Source: Epithemia pelagica | Lineage: Eukaryota; Protista; Bacillariophyta | Direction of reading: 5' to 3' | Assembly (NCBI GenBank): GCA_946965045.2 | Contig: OX337228.1 | Span: 310,001-374,000, forward strand | DNA: 64,000 bases | Shown: positions 9,965-21,189 of the stretch, piece by piece | Layout of the letters: every line of letters starts with the position of its first letter | Numbering within the stretch: the first letter of the stretch is position 1 | Position numbers and translations under genes: made by a program | The notes under the pieces: generated by a model | Database searches by the model: none | What the model saw: only the letters and a program-made list of their open reading frames with translations | What the model was told of the DNA's origin: nothing

Positions 9965-11791
9965 TTAGTTTGAAATTTTGGATGCTTGCTGTTGCAAGAG
10001 TTGAATCATTTCACGGAGTGCTTGCGTCAAGGTCCGTTCGGGTTCCTGGAGAAGGAATGAGAGTGTGTTGTTGTTGTTGTTGGTACTCGTCGTGTTGGTG
10101 CTGTTGCGGAATGTCGAGGGTCTCGGTAGTAACAAGTGTCGTAATTTGGGAGTATCAAATGCAGTGGTATGGGGTGCAAACTCTGCCGTACTAGTATTGG
10201 TATACGTCAGGACGGGGGCCGTCCAATACGGGTGATACAGGCGTTGCAAATCGGCATGCACCACGGCTGGTATCTGATAGGCGACCGCTTGACTGAGAAA
10301 GCCCGTCAATCGGGAATGCGAGTTGAGTCCAAAATACTGGGGTGTCGTCTGGGGATCGACGAGGAGCAACAAGACCTGACACTGTGTGGCAATGCTCCGT
10401 TGAAAGTCGACAAAATCATCGTGTTGCACGACCGTGACACGATCCGGACCCCACACTGTTTTGGCATAGTCGTGTGGCAAACCGGAATACATTCGAGCAT
10501 GCAACAAGACACGAAAGGTTGGATGTTGTTGCTGCTGTTGTTCTTCCTGAACCAATTGGTTCAAGGCATGTACCAAGGCGGTTTGTTTCTTGCTTCCACT
10601 GGGACACAGCGTAATAGTGGTTTTGTTCTTCTTGTTGTTGTTGTTGCTGCTGCTGTTATTGGTTGTACCGATTCTTGTGGAAGTATCAAATTGCGGCAAA
10701 TCGACCGTCGGAAAATGACAGGCAGGTTCGAGAGGCGAGATCCAACAGACTTGTCGTGTGGCGGGTGCGACGTGTGCGGGTGAACATCGACTACAACTGG
10801 TATGCATGAGACAAAAATGCTGGTTCGGTGCCTGCTTCATCCACTTCGTAAAAGACTGGTACCTGGCCGCATCGCAACTAATGCCAATCTTGGCACGATA
10901 GTTGCGATCGTAGGCCGTATAGCGGACCATGCGTCCAAATTGGGCCAGTGTGCCATCGGCTCGGCGCCGAATCGTTCCGGCCAAAGTGGTATTGAAATAC
11001 CGGGAAAAACTCGTCTTGGACACGGAACTGCCATTGGCATATTGCTGTTTGTGGAAGGAATGGTGTTCGGCCAAGGCGACGTCAAAGACAATTGGCTGTG
11101 TACCCGTACTGCAATTGATACGATGCCACGGCAAGGGATATCGCAATATAGTACTTTCGATCACTTCGTAATGATAATCGGCCTTGTTTTCTAACGCCAC
11201 ACTGCATGGAGGAGCGCCCGGAGTTCCCAGTTCCAACAAGGGTTGCTGTAACAAGGCGGCGCGGTCGGCCGCCGATTGCACCAACAGTGGTGCGTCAACC
11301 TCAGCCGCTGAACTGGATGATAATTCGGTCGACGACAAGGACGATTCGGTCGACGATTGCACGATCAGTGGGGGAGCATCGACCGTCGATGACGATACTG
11401 ACGACAAGGATGATGATTCGGTCGACGATTCAGGGAGGGACGACGATGGTGGCTTGGGAATCCAGGGTTGTGCATCGTAGTGCGGGGAATGACTGGCCGT
11501 ACTGGAAATGGTGGTACTGTGGGAAATCGACCACAACGTAAAAGTCAGCACGAGCAGCATCGACAACCATGTCCGGATGAACAAGTGGTGTCTCGTTGCC
11601 CCCGCAGCAGTAGACGAACCGGAGGAGGATGGAGAATCCTCTTCCAGTTTCGTGGCATGGCGGTTTTTACTGTTGATGATGGCGAGTGGCTGTCGTTGTC
11701 GTTGTCGTCGTCCAGCTAGAATAGTAAATTGTGCTTCTTTCTGTCCAGTCTCCGAGTCGACGACAACGACATCTCCATGCTGATGGGACAT
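9965..11791 (-). CDS. Glycosyltransferase-like type II membrane protein (copy GT2)
   Basis: 608-aa ORF. The C-terminal domain is near-identical to GT1, but the N-tail is different. Confidence 0.7.
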   Translation of the reverse strand: MSHQHGDVVVVDSETGQKEAQFTILAGRRQRQRQPLAIINSKNRHATKLEEDSPSSSGSSTAAGATRHHLFIRTWLSMLLVLTFTLWSISHSTTISSTASHSPHYDAQPWIPKPPSSSLPESSTESSSLSSVSSSTVDAPPLIVQSSTESSLSSTELSSSSAAEVDAPLLVQSAADRAALLQQPLLELGTPGAPPCSVALENKADYHYEVIESTILRYPLPWHRINCSTGTQPIVFDVALAEHHSFHKQQYANGSSVSKTSFSRYFNTTLAGTIRRRADGTLAQFGRMVRYTAYDRNYRAKIGISCDAARYQSFTKWMKQAPNQHFCLMHTSCSRCSPAHVAPATRQVCWISPLEPACHFPTVDLPQFDTSTRIGTTNNSSSNNNNKKNKTTITLCPSGSKKQTALVHALNQLVQEEQQQQQHPTFRVLLHARMYSGLPHDYAKTVWGPDRVTVVQHDDFVDFQRSIATQCQVLLLLVDPQTTPQYFGLNSHSRLTGFLSQAVAYQIPAVVHADLQRLYHPYWTAPVLTYTNTSTAEFAPHTTAFDTPKLRHLLLPRPSTFRNSTNTTSTNNNNNTLSFLLQEPERTLTQALREMIQLLQQQASKISN

Positions 11792-11946
11792 TTTCCAAGT
11801 TTTTTTTCAGATGTGAGAAAAATGAGGATGAGGATTGAGATTGAGGATGTTCCAACCGAGTGGAAAGGTAAGACGGGTAAGTTTTGGGGAATAGGGAAAT
11901 GAGGGACTTTTAGAGGAACATATAGAAGGACTTTCGGATAAATAGT

Positions 11947-12262
11947 AAACACTATTACGCTGTGTCGCAGTGGAACCAAGAAACAAACCGCCTTGGTACA
12001 TGCCTTGAACCAATTGGTTCAGGAAGAAGAACAACTACAACAGGGCAAAACCAATCATTCTTCACCCGAACCAACCTTTCGTGTCTTGTTGCATTCTCGT
12101 TCTTCTGGTCTCCCTCCCGACTATGCCAAAACAGTGTGGGGTCCGGATCGTGTCAATGTCGTGCAACACGATGATTATGTCGATTTTCAACGGAGCATTG
12201 CCACCCAGTGTCACATTTTGGTGTCCTTTGTCGATCCCAAGACGACGCCCCAGTATTTTGGA
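11947..12262 (+). pseudogene. Inverted internal fragment of the glycosyltransferase-like gene
   Basis: Highly similar to the reverse complement of 13357-13672 (...ALVHALNQLVQEEEQLQQGKTNHSSPEPTF...PQYFG). Confidence 0.9.
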
Positions 12263-13047
12263 ATTACCGGTCACTGGATGGTCTGTCCGAATGTCAGTCT
12301 AATTTTTGAAAGTTTCTCCGAACGTCTGTCATGAAAGTCCCTCATTTCACGTTTTGGGCAGCTATATTATTATGGTTTGGGCCCGTCCGTCCTGTGGACG
12401 GACCGACCCTTTAGCTCAACAAAACCAATCTGTGCGCCCGGTCAAGAAGGGACCGACGGACGATTGAGAAGGAGTCATCGCTCCCAAGACGTTTCCAAGT
12501 TGCTTACGAAGCTTGTTGGGAGAATGATCAAATGACCCCCAACAAGCAAACGTTGACGCGTCGGGAGCGTTGGATCTGACGAATGAGGATGTAGTCCCGC
12601 ACCTGTCCCTACTCCCTACCGACATTGTGATGGTGACCATGGCCTCGGCTCAACTGCGTCAGTCTCAGAACACCTGTCGTGATAGCTTTTCTGCACTGTC
12701 GTGGTTCAAAGATAATGACGACTCTTCGGCAGCCAATGCATGTGAAGCGTACTATGACGCACGCTGTTTCGAAATAAATTCATAATGGTACAAACAAACC
12801 GCCGCGATGGTTCCTTTTCTATACATGGTATAGTAGTACTACCTAGATTCTACATGGCACCAGTGGTAACGTGTCATGTCTCGGATCCAGCCAGCCACCA
12901 ACAACAGTAGAAAGGAGGAGAAGTTGGCCGTGGCCTCAGATATCGCACGTACATATTGTACGAGAGAGGCCTCCCTCTACCTACCTATTAGTTTGGCACT
13001 TTGGATGCATGTTGTTGTTGCTGTTGCTGTTGTTGTTGCTGTTGCTG

Positions 13048-14730
13048 TTATTGTTGTTGCAAGCGTTGAATCATTTCACGGAGTGCTTGCGTCAAGGTCC
13101 GTTCTGGTTCCTTCAGGACCAATGGCATTTTGATGCTCGTCGTGCTGTTGGGCGGTTTTGCTATCAAGTGTCGCAATTCGGGTGTATCGAGTGCCGTGGT
13201 ATGGGGGGCAAACTGTGCCGTACTCGTATTGGTATAGGTCAGGACCGGTGCCGTCCAATACCGTTGATAAATGCGCTGCAAATCGGCATGCACCACGGCC
13301 GGGATCCGATAGGCCGCCGCTTGACTGACAAACCCCGTCAATTTGGATTGGGTGAGTCCAAAATACTGGGGCGTCGTCTCGGGATCCACGAGGGGCACCA
13401 AAATGTGACACTGTGTGGCAATGCTCCGCTGAAAGTCGACATAATCATCGTGTTGCACGACACTGACACGATCCGGACCCCACACTGTTTTGGCATAGTC
13501 GGGTGGAAGGCCGGAAGAACGAGAATGCAACAAGACACGAAAGGTTGGTTCGGGTGAAGAATGATTGGTTTTGCCCTGTTGTAGTTGTTCTTCTTCCTGA
13601 ACCAATTGGTTCAAGGCATGTACCAAGGCGGTTTGTTTCTTGGTTCCACTGGGACACAGCGTGATAGTGTTTTTATGGTTCTGGTGGTTGATTGTACGAA
13701 TTGGGGTCGTATCAAATTGCGGCAAATCGACCGTCGGAAAATGACAGGCCGGTTCGAGGGGCGACACCCAACACACTTGTCGGGTGTCAGGTGCCACTTG
13801 TGGGGGTGTACATCGCATGCAAATACCATGCAAGACACAAAAATGTTTGTGGGGTCCCTGCGTCATCCATTTCAAAAAGCGCAATCGCACCGAATCGCAA
13901 CTAATGCCAATCATGGCATGATAATTGCGATCGTGGGCCGTATAGCGGACCATGCGTCCAAATTGGGCCAGTGTGCCATCGGAACGACGTCGAATTGTTC
14001 CGGCCAAGCTGGTATTGAAATACCGGGCAAAACTCGTTTTGGAAACCGAACTGCCATTGGCATGAGCATTTTTGTACAAGGAATTGAGTTCGGCCAAGGC
14101 GACATCAAAGACAATGACGGTCGACGTACTGCAATTGAGACGATGCCAGGGCAAGGGATATCGCAAAATGGTACTTTCAATCACTTCGTAATGATAATCG
14201 GCCTTGTTTTCCAAGGCCACAATACACGGAGGAGCACCCGGAGTGCCCAATTCCACCACGGGGTGTTCACGTAACAAGGCGGCGCGGTCAGCGGCCGATT
14301 GCACCAACAGTGGGGCGTCGACTGTCGCCGATGACGATGACGACAAGGATAAGGATGACGATTCGGTCGACAATTCAGGGAGAGACGACGACGATGGTGG
14401 TGGCTTGGGAATCCAGGGTTGTGCATCGTACTCCAGGGAATGACTGGTTGTACTGGCAATGGTGGTACTGTGGGAAATCAACCACGCCGTGTGAGACAGC
14501 ACAACCAGCATCCACACCCATGTCCGGGTGGACAAGTGCTGTCTCGTTGCCCCGGAGGAGGATGGATCATCGTTGCTTTCCAGTGATGTTGTATCAGGGC
14601 TATTGTTGTGGTTGTTTCTGGCAAGTGGCTGTGGTTTGTGTTGTTGTCGTCGTCCAGGTGGTATCGTAGATTGTGGTGGTAGTGCTTCCTTCTCCAGTCT
14701 CCGAGTCGACGACAAGGACAACGTCTCCAT
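13048..14730 (-). CDS. Glycosyltransferase-like type II membrane protein (copy GT3, more diverged)
   Basis: ORF from METLSLSSTRRLEKEALPPQ, with the same architecture and motifs as GT1/GT2. Confidence 0.7.
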   Translation of the reverse strand: METLSLSSTRRLEKEALPPQSTIPPGRRQQHKPQPLARNNHNNSPDTTSLESNDDPSSSGATRQHLSTRTWVWMLVVLSHTAWLISHSTTIASTTSHSLEYDAQPWIPKPPPSSSSLPELSTESSSLSLSSSSSATVDAPLLVQSAADRAALLREHPVVELGTPGAPPCIVALENKADYHYEVIESTILRYPLPWHRLNCSTSTVIVFDVALAELNSLYKNAHANGSSVSKTSFARYFNTSLAGTIRRRSDGTLAQFGRMVRYTAHDRNYHAMIGISCDSVRLRFLKWMTQGPHKHFCVLHGICMRCTPPQVAPDTRQVCWVSPLEPACHFPTVDLPQFDTTPIRTINHQNHKNTITLCPSGTKKQTALVHALNQLVQEEEQLQQGKTNHSSPEPTFRVLLHSRSSGLPPDYAKTVWGPDRVSVVQHDDYVDFQRSIATQCHILVPLVDPETTPQYFGLTQSKLTGFVSQAAAYRIPAVVHADLQRIYQRYWTAPVLTYTNTSTAQFAPHTTALDTPELRHLIAKPPNSTTSIKMPLVLKEPERTLTQALREMIQRLQQQ

Positions 14731-14972
14731 GGTGGGAAGATCTCCGCAAAGTTTTTTTGGAAGGAAGGGGTCATCTTTCGGTGTCATCTGTCATCCCCCA
14801 ACGGAAAAACTCCGAGCCAGGCGTGCCTTGGGGGCAGCTTTGTTTTGGGTCCTGTCGACTGCCCCCCCCATTGTTGGGAAAGGGGGCGCCCTTGCACCTT
14901 TTTTCTGGTCCATCCATCACTCTCATTTTTGTGGTGCTGGGTTTGCCAACGACGAGAGAGGAGAGATTGACC

Positions 14973-15914
14973 ATGCCCAGCAATCCCCAATTGGATGTTC
15001 CCATTACCTTGACAGGTCTCTTTCCACCCGAAGAAGATGACAATGATGATGATGAAACGGATTGCAACGACGACCACGACAACAAGGACGATCACGACGA
15101 CGACCATCATGCCAATTGCTACGAGGTTCAATCCTTGACGGTGTGTGATCGGACCTATTTCGTTCGTCAATACGATTTTCATTCGCACAATGCCAATTGT
15201 GTCTGGCCCGGTACCTTTGTCTTGGCCGAGTACTTGTTTTCACAAACCAAAACGACCAAAACCGACCAAACTAATACAGATACAGTGTGGGGACACGTGT
15301 TGGAATTGGGAACGGCCACGGGCTTGTTGGCCATGCGATTGCATCATGCCTCGCGTGTCTATCATCATCATGGCAAGAATGCCGAGGATGATTCGCAAAA
15401 CGTCATTATTTGCGATTCGGTCACCACCTCGGATGTAGACGACGATCAAGTGACACACAATGTCGAATGGAATTATCAACGCAATGGTATACTACAAGGA
15501 ACCATGGAGAACGACAGGGACAAGAACACTCCACCTCCAATTCATATCCCTCATACCTGGGGGACCGGATGGGAGAAGTCTGTACAACGCCGAAAAACCC
15601 AACTCCAACTGCAGCAGCAGATTCGATCGACGTTTGATACGATTGTGGCCAGTGATATTTTACTCTATGTGTCCGCTTACCCCGCCTTGGTCCAAACCGT
15701 GACCGAACTCTTTGCAATGGACCGCAGTCCAGCGCCAGACACTGACACTCACGAACGTAGTTCTCCACAACGACAACAACAACTGATTTTGAGTTGGAAT
15801 CGACGCATGAAGGAAAGTGCCTCATTTTTTCAACTCATGGAACACGCCGGCTTTGCTTGGAAGCATGAGGGAAACTGTGTCTATACCTTTGTCCAGGTAC
15901 CACGAGTTGAATAA
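14973..15914 (+). CDS. Class I SAM-dependent methyltransferase, METTL21/Methyltransf_16-like (protein lysine methyltransferase family)
   Basis: Motifs VWPGTFVLAEYL, VLELGTATG (motif I), TSD, HTWG and FDTIVASDILLY. Divergently transcribed from GT3 across a ~240-bp spacer. Confidence 0.88.
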   Translation: MPSNPQLDVPITLTGLFPPEEDDNDDDETDCNDDHDNKDDHDDDHHANCYEVQSLTVCDRTYFVRQYDFHSHNANCVWPGTFVLAEYLFSQTKTTKTDQTNTDTVWGHVLELGTATGLLAMRLHHASRVYHHHGKNAEDDSQNVIICDSVTTSDVDDDQVTHNVEWNYQRNGILQGTMENDRDKNTPPPIHIPHTWGTGWEKSVQRRKTQLQLQQQIRSTFDTIVASDILLYVSAYPALVQTVTELFAMDRSPAPDTDTHERSSPQRQQQLILSWNRRMKESASFFQLMEHAGFAWKHEGNCVYTFVQVPRVE

Positions 15915-16370
15915 TCTGTTGTGTGTGTGATGGTGCTCGTTGTGAGAGAGCGTGTGTGTGAAACGTGGAGCAACAAAGTCTCGTTTCTGTAGAGATGGAG
16001 ATTCTCTAGAGAGAGTAAAGACACATTCTACTGAAAAAAGAGATTGATCGATCGTGGAGGTTGCCAAGGAAACCACATTCGCGGTTGTACGTACGGCAAC
16101 CACGATTGACGATAACAAGTCGCAACGAACCACCAGCCGGCAAGCGTGTGGAACTTTGGAACGTGGAGGTTGTCAAGGAACGGCGGTGGTATGTACAGCG
16201 ACATCGATGTTGCAACGAGTTCTTTTTCCCTCGAAAACTCGAAAACACCAAAGTACCAACGAGCGTGTGGAACGTTGAAACGTGTACATCTTCCCGCAGT
16301 CAGACTTTGTCGTCGGTAGAGGCACCATAAAACACCATTGTTTCGTCTTGATTGCAACTAGGAATACAGA

Positions 16371-17510
16371 ATGGATGTGACAGAACAAGTACACTTGTCT
16401 GGCCTTGTGTTGGGCAGTAATCCAGAAGAACCAGCAGAGTGGACCCGAAATGACCAAAACTGGCCTCCCCTTGAGCTGTCTGTGCACGCCTCTGTTGTCG
16501 TGCATCCTCCAAACAACAACAACGAAATAATGGTTGTGGTAATAGGAGGCAAAAAACGGTTTAATTACGAAAATTCAGTGTTCCTCCTTTTGAATCCTGC
16601 TGAGCAATCTACCTGCAAACAGTGGATTAAAGGGCCAGGTATGAATGAAGCGAGATCAGCTCATGCTGCGGTTGTCTGCAACGACAGCGTGTACGCCATT
16701 GGGGGACACAAGGTTGATTCCGTCCTGAACACCATTGAACGGATTGACATCATAGATCTTCTCTCACCCGAGAATCGTGATAAGGAAAACCCATGGTAGA
16801 CACTGACATGTCGATTGTCGGATGGGAGATTCGCCTGTTCCGCGGTGACGATTCACAACAGGTACATTGTTGTGGCTGGTGGATGGGGTAGTAGGGATGT
16901 AAAATATTTGACATCGGTTGAAATAATTGATACCGTGCAAGAAAGTTCACCATATATCTTTCCAGGCCCACCCCTGAACGTGCCTCGTCAATATTTCGGA
17001 ATGACTGTAATCGGTTCCTACATTTATGTTGTTGGTGGTACATCTCACGACTCCTCAGCAGAAGCCTTGAGATCAATCGAGAATTTGAAAGTGCGTGATT
17101 CACGTGATGAAAAGACAAGCATCAACGGAACATCTGTGTCTCCACCTTCTTTGTCATGGACGAAACATCAGGAATTGGCTTTGAGTGAACCTCGCTATGC
17201 GCATGCTGTGGCTCGAGTTGGATCATGCTTGGTCGTATCAGGAGGTTGCCCCTGTTTTGGTCAGCCTCCTTTACGGTCTGTTGAAGTAATGGACACAAAA
17301 CGCAACAAAGTGTGGAAAATTGTCCCAGAATTGACTGTCCCACGCATTTGGCACACCATGGTTTCGATTTCGACGGGTATTGTTTGTATATCTGGTGGTA
17401 GGAGAGTTGACTTCTGTGAAATACTGTCATTGATGGACAAGAACTCGGTCGTGTTTCGGAATTTGTTGCTGGGTAAAAATGGGACACATCCATGTTTGAA
17501 GAAAATGTAA
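16371..17510 (+). pseudogene. Kelch-repeat protein K1 with a single in-frame TAG at 16797-16799
   Basis: ORFs 16371-16799 and 16815-17510 are in the same frame. Six GG-containing blades. Paralogues have a sense codon at the TAG position. Confidence 0.85.
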
Positions 17511-19548
17511 GCCGACTCGATAGACTGGTATTTGTATCAAAGTGAAACTAATCTTAAACTATCATCATTACATCGAACTGTGTTATGGCAATTGTGGACA
17601 GATGGACTTGTTCGCTTGTTCCTTAGGTCGAATCTTTGCTTTGGTACCCATGAATCTACTATTCATGACAAACAGCGTAATGATAGAGTTAGGCAAGGAA
17701 TTGGCACTTGGAGATGGTTTGCATTTTTTAAGACCACAAAATTGCCATGCGTAATCCACAACACGACCAGCAGGGCAAACGACAAAAGAGGAATCATGAG
17801 GCAGTGCATCCTGATTTTGGACGTCTCGTATTGGCTGATAAGGAGCGGCAAACCACTACTACAGGAGTTGTGAAAACCACCACCACAAGAATTGACCAAT
17901 AGCCACCCAGCTTGCAATGGTATGCGTTATTCCAGACCAATTTTCTTGTGAAGGGTCGTGTGTGGTTTGCGAGATTTGTTTGGGACCAAAGAACTGGTCT
18001 TGTCGTTCTACCCAAAGGAACCCACCAAGATTTGCATGGATCAACATGGAGCCACCATAACGAGACCAGACTGTAAAACCGGTTGATCGGGCAAGGGTTC
18101 TTGGTTCACCGGAGACGATTCACCTTTGGCAGCCAATGTTTCTGGTTTCTCGATTGATCCACCATGGCTGCCGGTGAAGCATCATCCACCAAGTATGTGA
18201 CTGCCGGAGCATTCCCATCCAACAAGTACCGCAATCGAAAAATGTGCTCCTTGACGGCGTTCCAAAACAATGCGCAAGGCTGGCCGAAATGTATTCAACA
18301 CGACACTATCCGTCCAAGAATCGTTCGGTTCTACGTTCAGAGTGTCTTGAGGAGGAGAAGAAGAAGCCGAGACAAAAAGCCTTGTCCAAGGATAGCAGTG
18401 CTGCTGCTGGGATACAAACCACCTGCCTTTTTCACCATACGATACTTGGTGCAGTCCGCCAGACCCACTACTTTGGCCATGTGGCCAAATGAAGTGACAG
18501 AATGGGTTCCTCCGGTCGAATCGGAGGCAATGGGCAATGGGACGACGACCATACCGTTCATCGTCGTCTCGTCGCTCGGCAACAAACCAATCAACCAGCG
18601 AAGATCGAACCACTCTCTCTCTCTGTGCCGTTGCTAGTCGTGTCGTCTTTGGCATGGAAGAGAATGGACTGCTTGAGAGAAGTCTCAGAGCAGAGAAGGC
18701 GCCATCGTTTATCTTACACATGGTTGACGGTTGACGCCATCATCATCCTCATCGTTGATCGTTGCAATCTAATGTAGCGTCTGTTCGCTGTACGCGGTTC
18801 TAGTTGAACGCGTCGGGCGAGCCGCGCGCCAGAAAAGCGCACCGTGCTCCCCACAACAATCTCCAAGAAAGAGAAAGCAACCAGATTCCGCAGAAAGAGA
18901 AGAGAAACAAACATACCTTACCCTCTCGATCTTGATCCTCTCGAACACAGTCTAGAATGTCGAAAAGCATTGATCCACTCCGACCAACCACAGCAGAAAT
19001 CAAGTACAAAAGTCGTTAGCACATGACAGAACATGAGAAGAAAAGGAGAAAACGATACACGGTCCAGCTTGGTCGGCACCGTCACCTTTAAGAATCTATC
19101 GTTTGCCAAGAAGAGCCACGTAGTCTGTCAATCCGAAGGATTTCCACCTCCATAATCGCAGGCTCTTTTCGTGTTGCGGTTTTTACAAATCTAAATGCAG
19201 GATCGCGTACCTCGACAGTCCAAGAGGAACATGAACGTGCACCCAGCAGCGGTTCGGAACGTATTGAACGTTTCAAGATACAATAGCGTGGAGATGCCCA
19301 CTTTGGAAGGAACTCGTTGAGACTCATGGCACATACAGCAAAAAAATATACCCGTAGGCATTACACTGGGTTCGGTCGTAACTGCATGTTTGACAGGAGC
19401 CGTTCGGTCGTCAATGCATGAGTTTGACAAGCACCGACAGAAACCTACAAAACAAACTGGCGGGCAATCACACAATTTCAGATCCGACTAGGAGGGAAAC
19501 TTGTCTGAAGAGAAACACCATCACCATTGTTTTGTTTTCGACGGCAAC

Positions 19549-20688
19549 ATGGATGTGAGCAACCAAACACGCTTGTCTGGCCTCGTGATGGGAATTGATC
19601 AAGATGAACCAAAATGGACCAGAAATGACCAAGACTTGCCTCCCCTTGACCTTGAGCGGTATGGGGCCGCCTCAGTTGTCGTGCATTCTCGAGCCAACAA
19701 CATGGAAGAAATGGTTGTGGTAGTAGGAGGCGAAAAACTGGGAGAGCACGCAAACAATTCAGTGTTTCTCCTGAATGCTGCTAAAGAATCTAAATGCAGA
19801 CAGTGGATACAAGGGCCACATATGAATGAAGCGAGATTATGGCACGCTGCGGTTGTCTGCAACGGCAGCGTGTACGCCATTGGTGGAAACAATGACCATC
19901 ATTCCCTCCTGAACACCATTGAGCGCATAGACATCATTGACCTGCTCTCAGCCAAGAAACGTGATAAAGAGAACCTTTGGAAAACACTGACGTGTCGATT
20001 GTCCAAAGCAAGAAAGGACTGTTCCGCTGCCGCGATTGACAACAGGTATATTGTTGTAGTTGGTGGATTGGGTGGATTGGGTGCGGTTCTAGAGGCTTTG
20101 GCATCTGTCGAAATAATTGACACCATGCACGAAAACCAACCAAATGTCTTCAATGGCCCACCCCTGAATGTGCCTCGTTATTGCTTCGGAATGACTGTGA
20201 TTGGTTCGTGTATTTTTGTTGTTGGTGGTACATCGACAGGGGAATGCCTCAATTCAGTCGAGTGCTTGAAAATGAGTGACTCACGTGGTGACGGGACAAA
20301 CAACAAGGGTGAATCGATAGTCCCTTCTTCTTTGTCATGGGCTATACATGTTGACTTGGCTTTGACTGAGTCTCGCTGGGGGCATGCTGTGGCTCGAGTT
20401 GGATCATGCTTGGTCGTATCAGGAGGTTGTCCCGGTAGTTCTTGGTATCGTTTACGGTCTGTCGAAGTAATGGACACAAAACGGAACAAAGTGTGGAAAA
20501 TGGTTCCAGAAATGACTGTCCCACGCTCATATCACAATATGGTTACTCTTTCGACTGGTATCGTTTGTATATCCGGTGATGGAGAAAAATCCTGTGAGAG
20601 ACTGTCATTGGTTGACCAGAACTCGGTCGTGTTTCGCAATTTGTTGTTGGGTACAAATGGTACACGTCTATGTTTAAAGGAAATGTAA
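19549..20688 (+). CDS. Kelch-repeat (six-bladed beta-propeller) protein K2, no BTB/F-box
   Basis: VVVGG, YAIGG, VVVGG, FVVGG, VVSGG and CISG blades with W/R-x-x-H kelch spacing. 379 aa. Confidence 0.9.
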   Translation: MDVSNQTRLSGLVMGIDQDEPKWTRNDQDLPPLDLERYGAASVVVHSRANNMEEMVVVVGGEKLGEHANNSVFLLNAAKESKCRQWIQGPHMNEARLWHAAVVCNGSVYAIGGNNDHHSLLNTIERIDIIDLLSAKKRDKENLWKTLTCRLSKARKDCSAAAIDNRYIVVVGGLGGLGAVLEALASVEIIDTMHENQPNVFNGPPLNVPRYCFGMTVIGSCIFVVGGTSTGECLNSVECLKMSDSRGDGTNNKGESIVPSSLSWAIHVDLALTESRWGHAVARVGSCLVVSGGCPGSSWYRLRSVEVMDTKRNKVWKMVPEMTVPRSYHNMVTLSTGIVCISGDGEKSCERLSLVDQNSVVFRNLLLGTNGTRLCLKEM

Positions 20689-21189
20689 ACCGACTCAATA
20701 GACTGGTATTTGTGTCTAAGGAAAACTACCTTACACTCCTACATCGACGGACTTACTTTATGATGCCTATTGTGGACTGATGGCGGACAAGTTTGTTGTT
20801 CCTTAGGTTTCTTTGGTTTCTTTGATACCCACGAATGCACTTGGAGATGGTTTCCATTTTTATTTTTGGACCAAACGGACTGGTTCTCTTCTATGATTCT
20901 TTCGACGAATCACATGTGGCATCGCACTGGCAAGGTAGTATATGCTGGGGTGGTTGGTCGATCAATCGATCGGTCAATCTCATTCCAATGCGATGGCAAC
21001 GGTCAACCACGCAGCCGTTCGCAGTTTGTCTCCTCTCTCTTCCTCTCTTCAGGGAACCAAACAGCAGCAAATGGTAACGCAACCATGCCGGCAGGGACGA
21101 TGCTGACACCCACAACCACAAAAAGACAGGGACTGCTTTTTTGTTCAATGAACACTGCCTTTTCTTGATTTGGAGGATACAGTTCCATC

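Larger units (their letters stand above)
2690..11790. repeat. Tandem segmental duplication of the MND1 + glycosyltransferase-like block (~2690-6420 vs ~8145-11790)
   Basis: Near-identity through MND1 exon 3, the shared 3' region and most of the GT domain. Introns and N-tails are divergent. Confidence 0.92.

Noticed and set aside
20-14669. Many 60-300-aa ORFs antisense to or overlapping MND1 and the GT-like genes (e.g. 3306-4208, 8601-9467, 4773-5387, 12871-13557)
   Set aside because: These are shadow frames of real genes in low-complexity, stop-poor sequence. They have no independent motifs and are disrupted differently between duplicates.
18050-19480. ORFs identical in both duplicated spacers (e.g. 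157 aa at 18164/25403, 179 aa at 18182/25421)
   Set aside because: The identity reflects the recent duplication, not selection. No domain was recognised.
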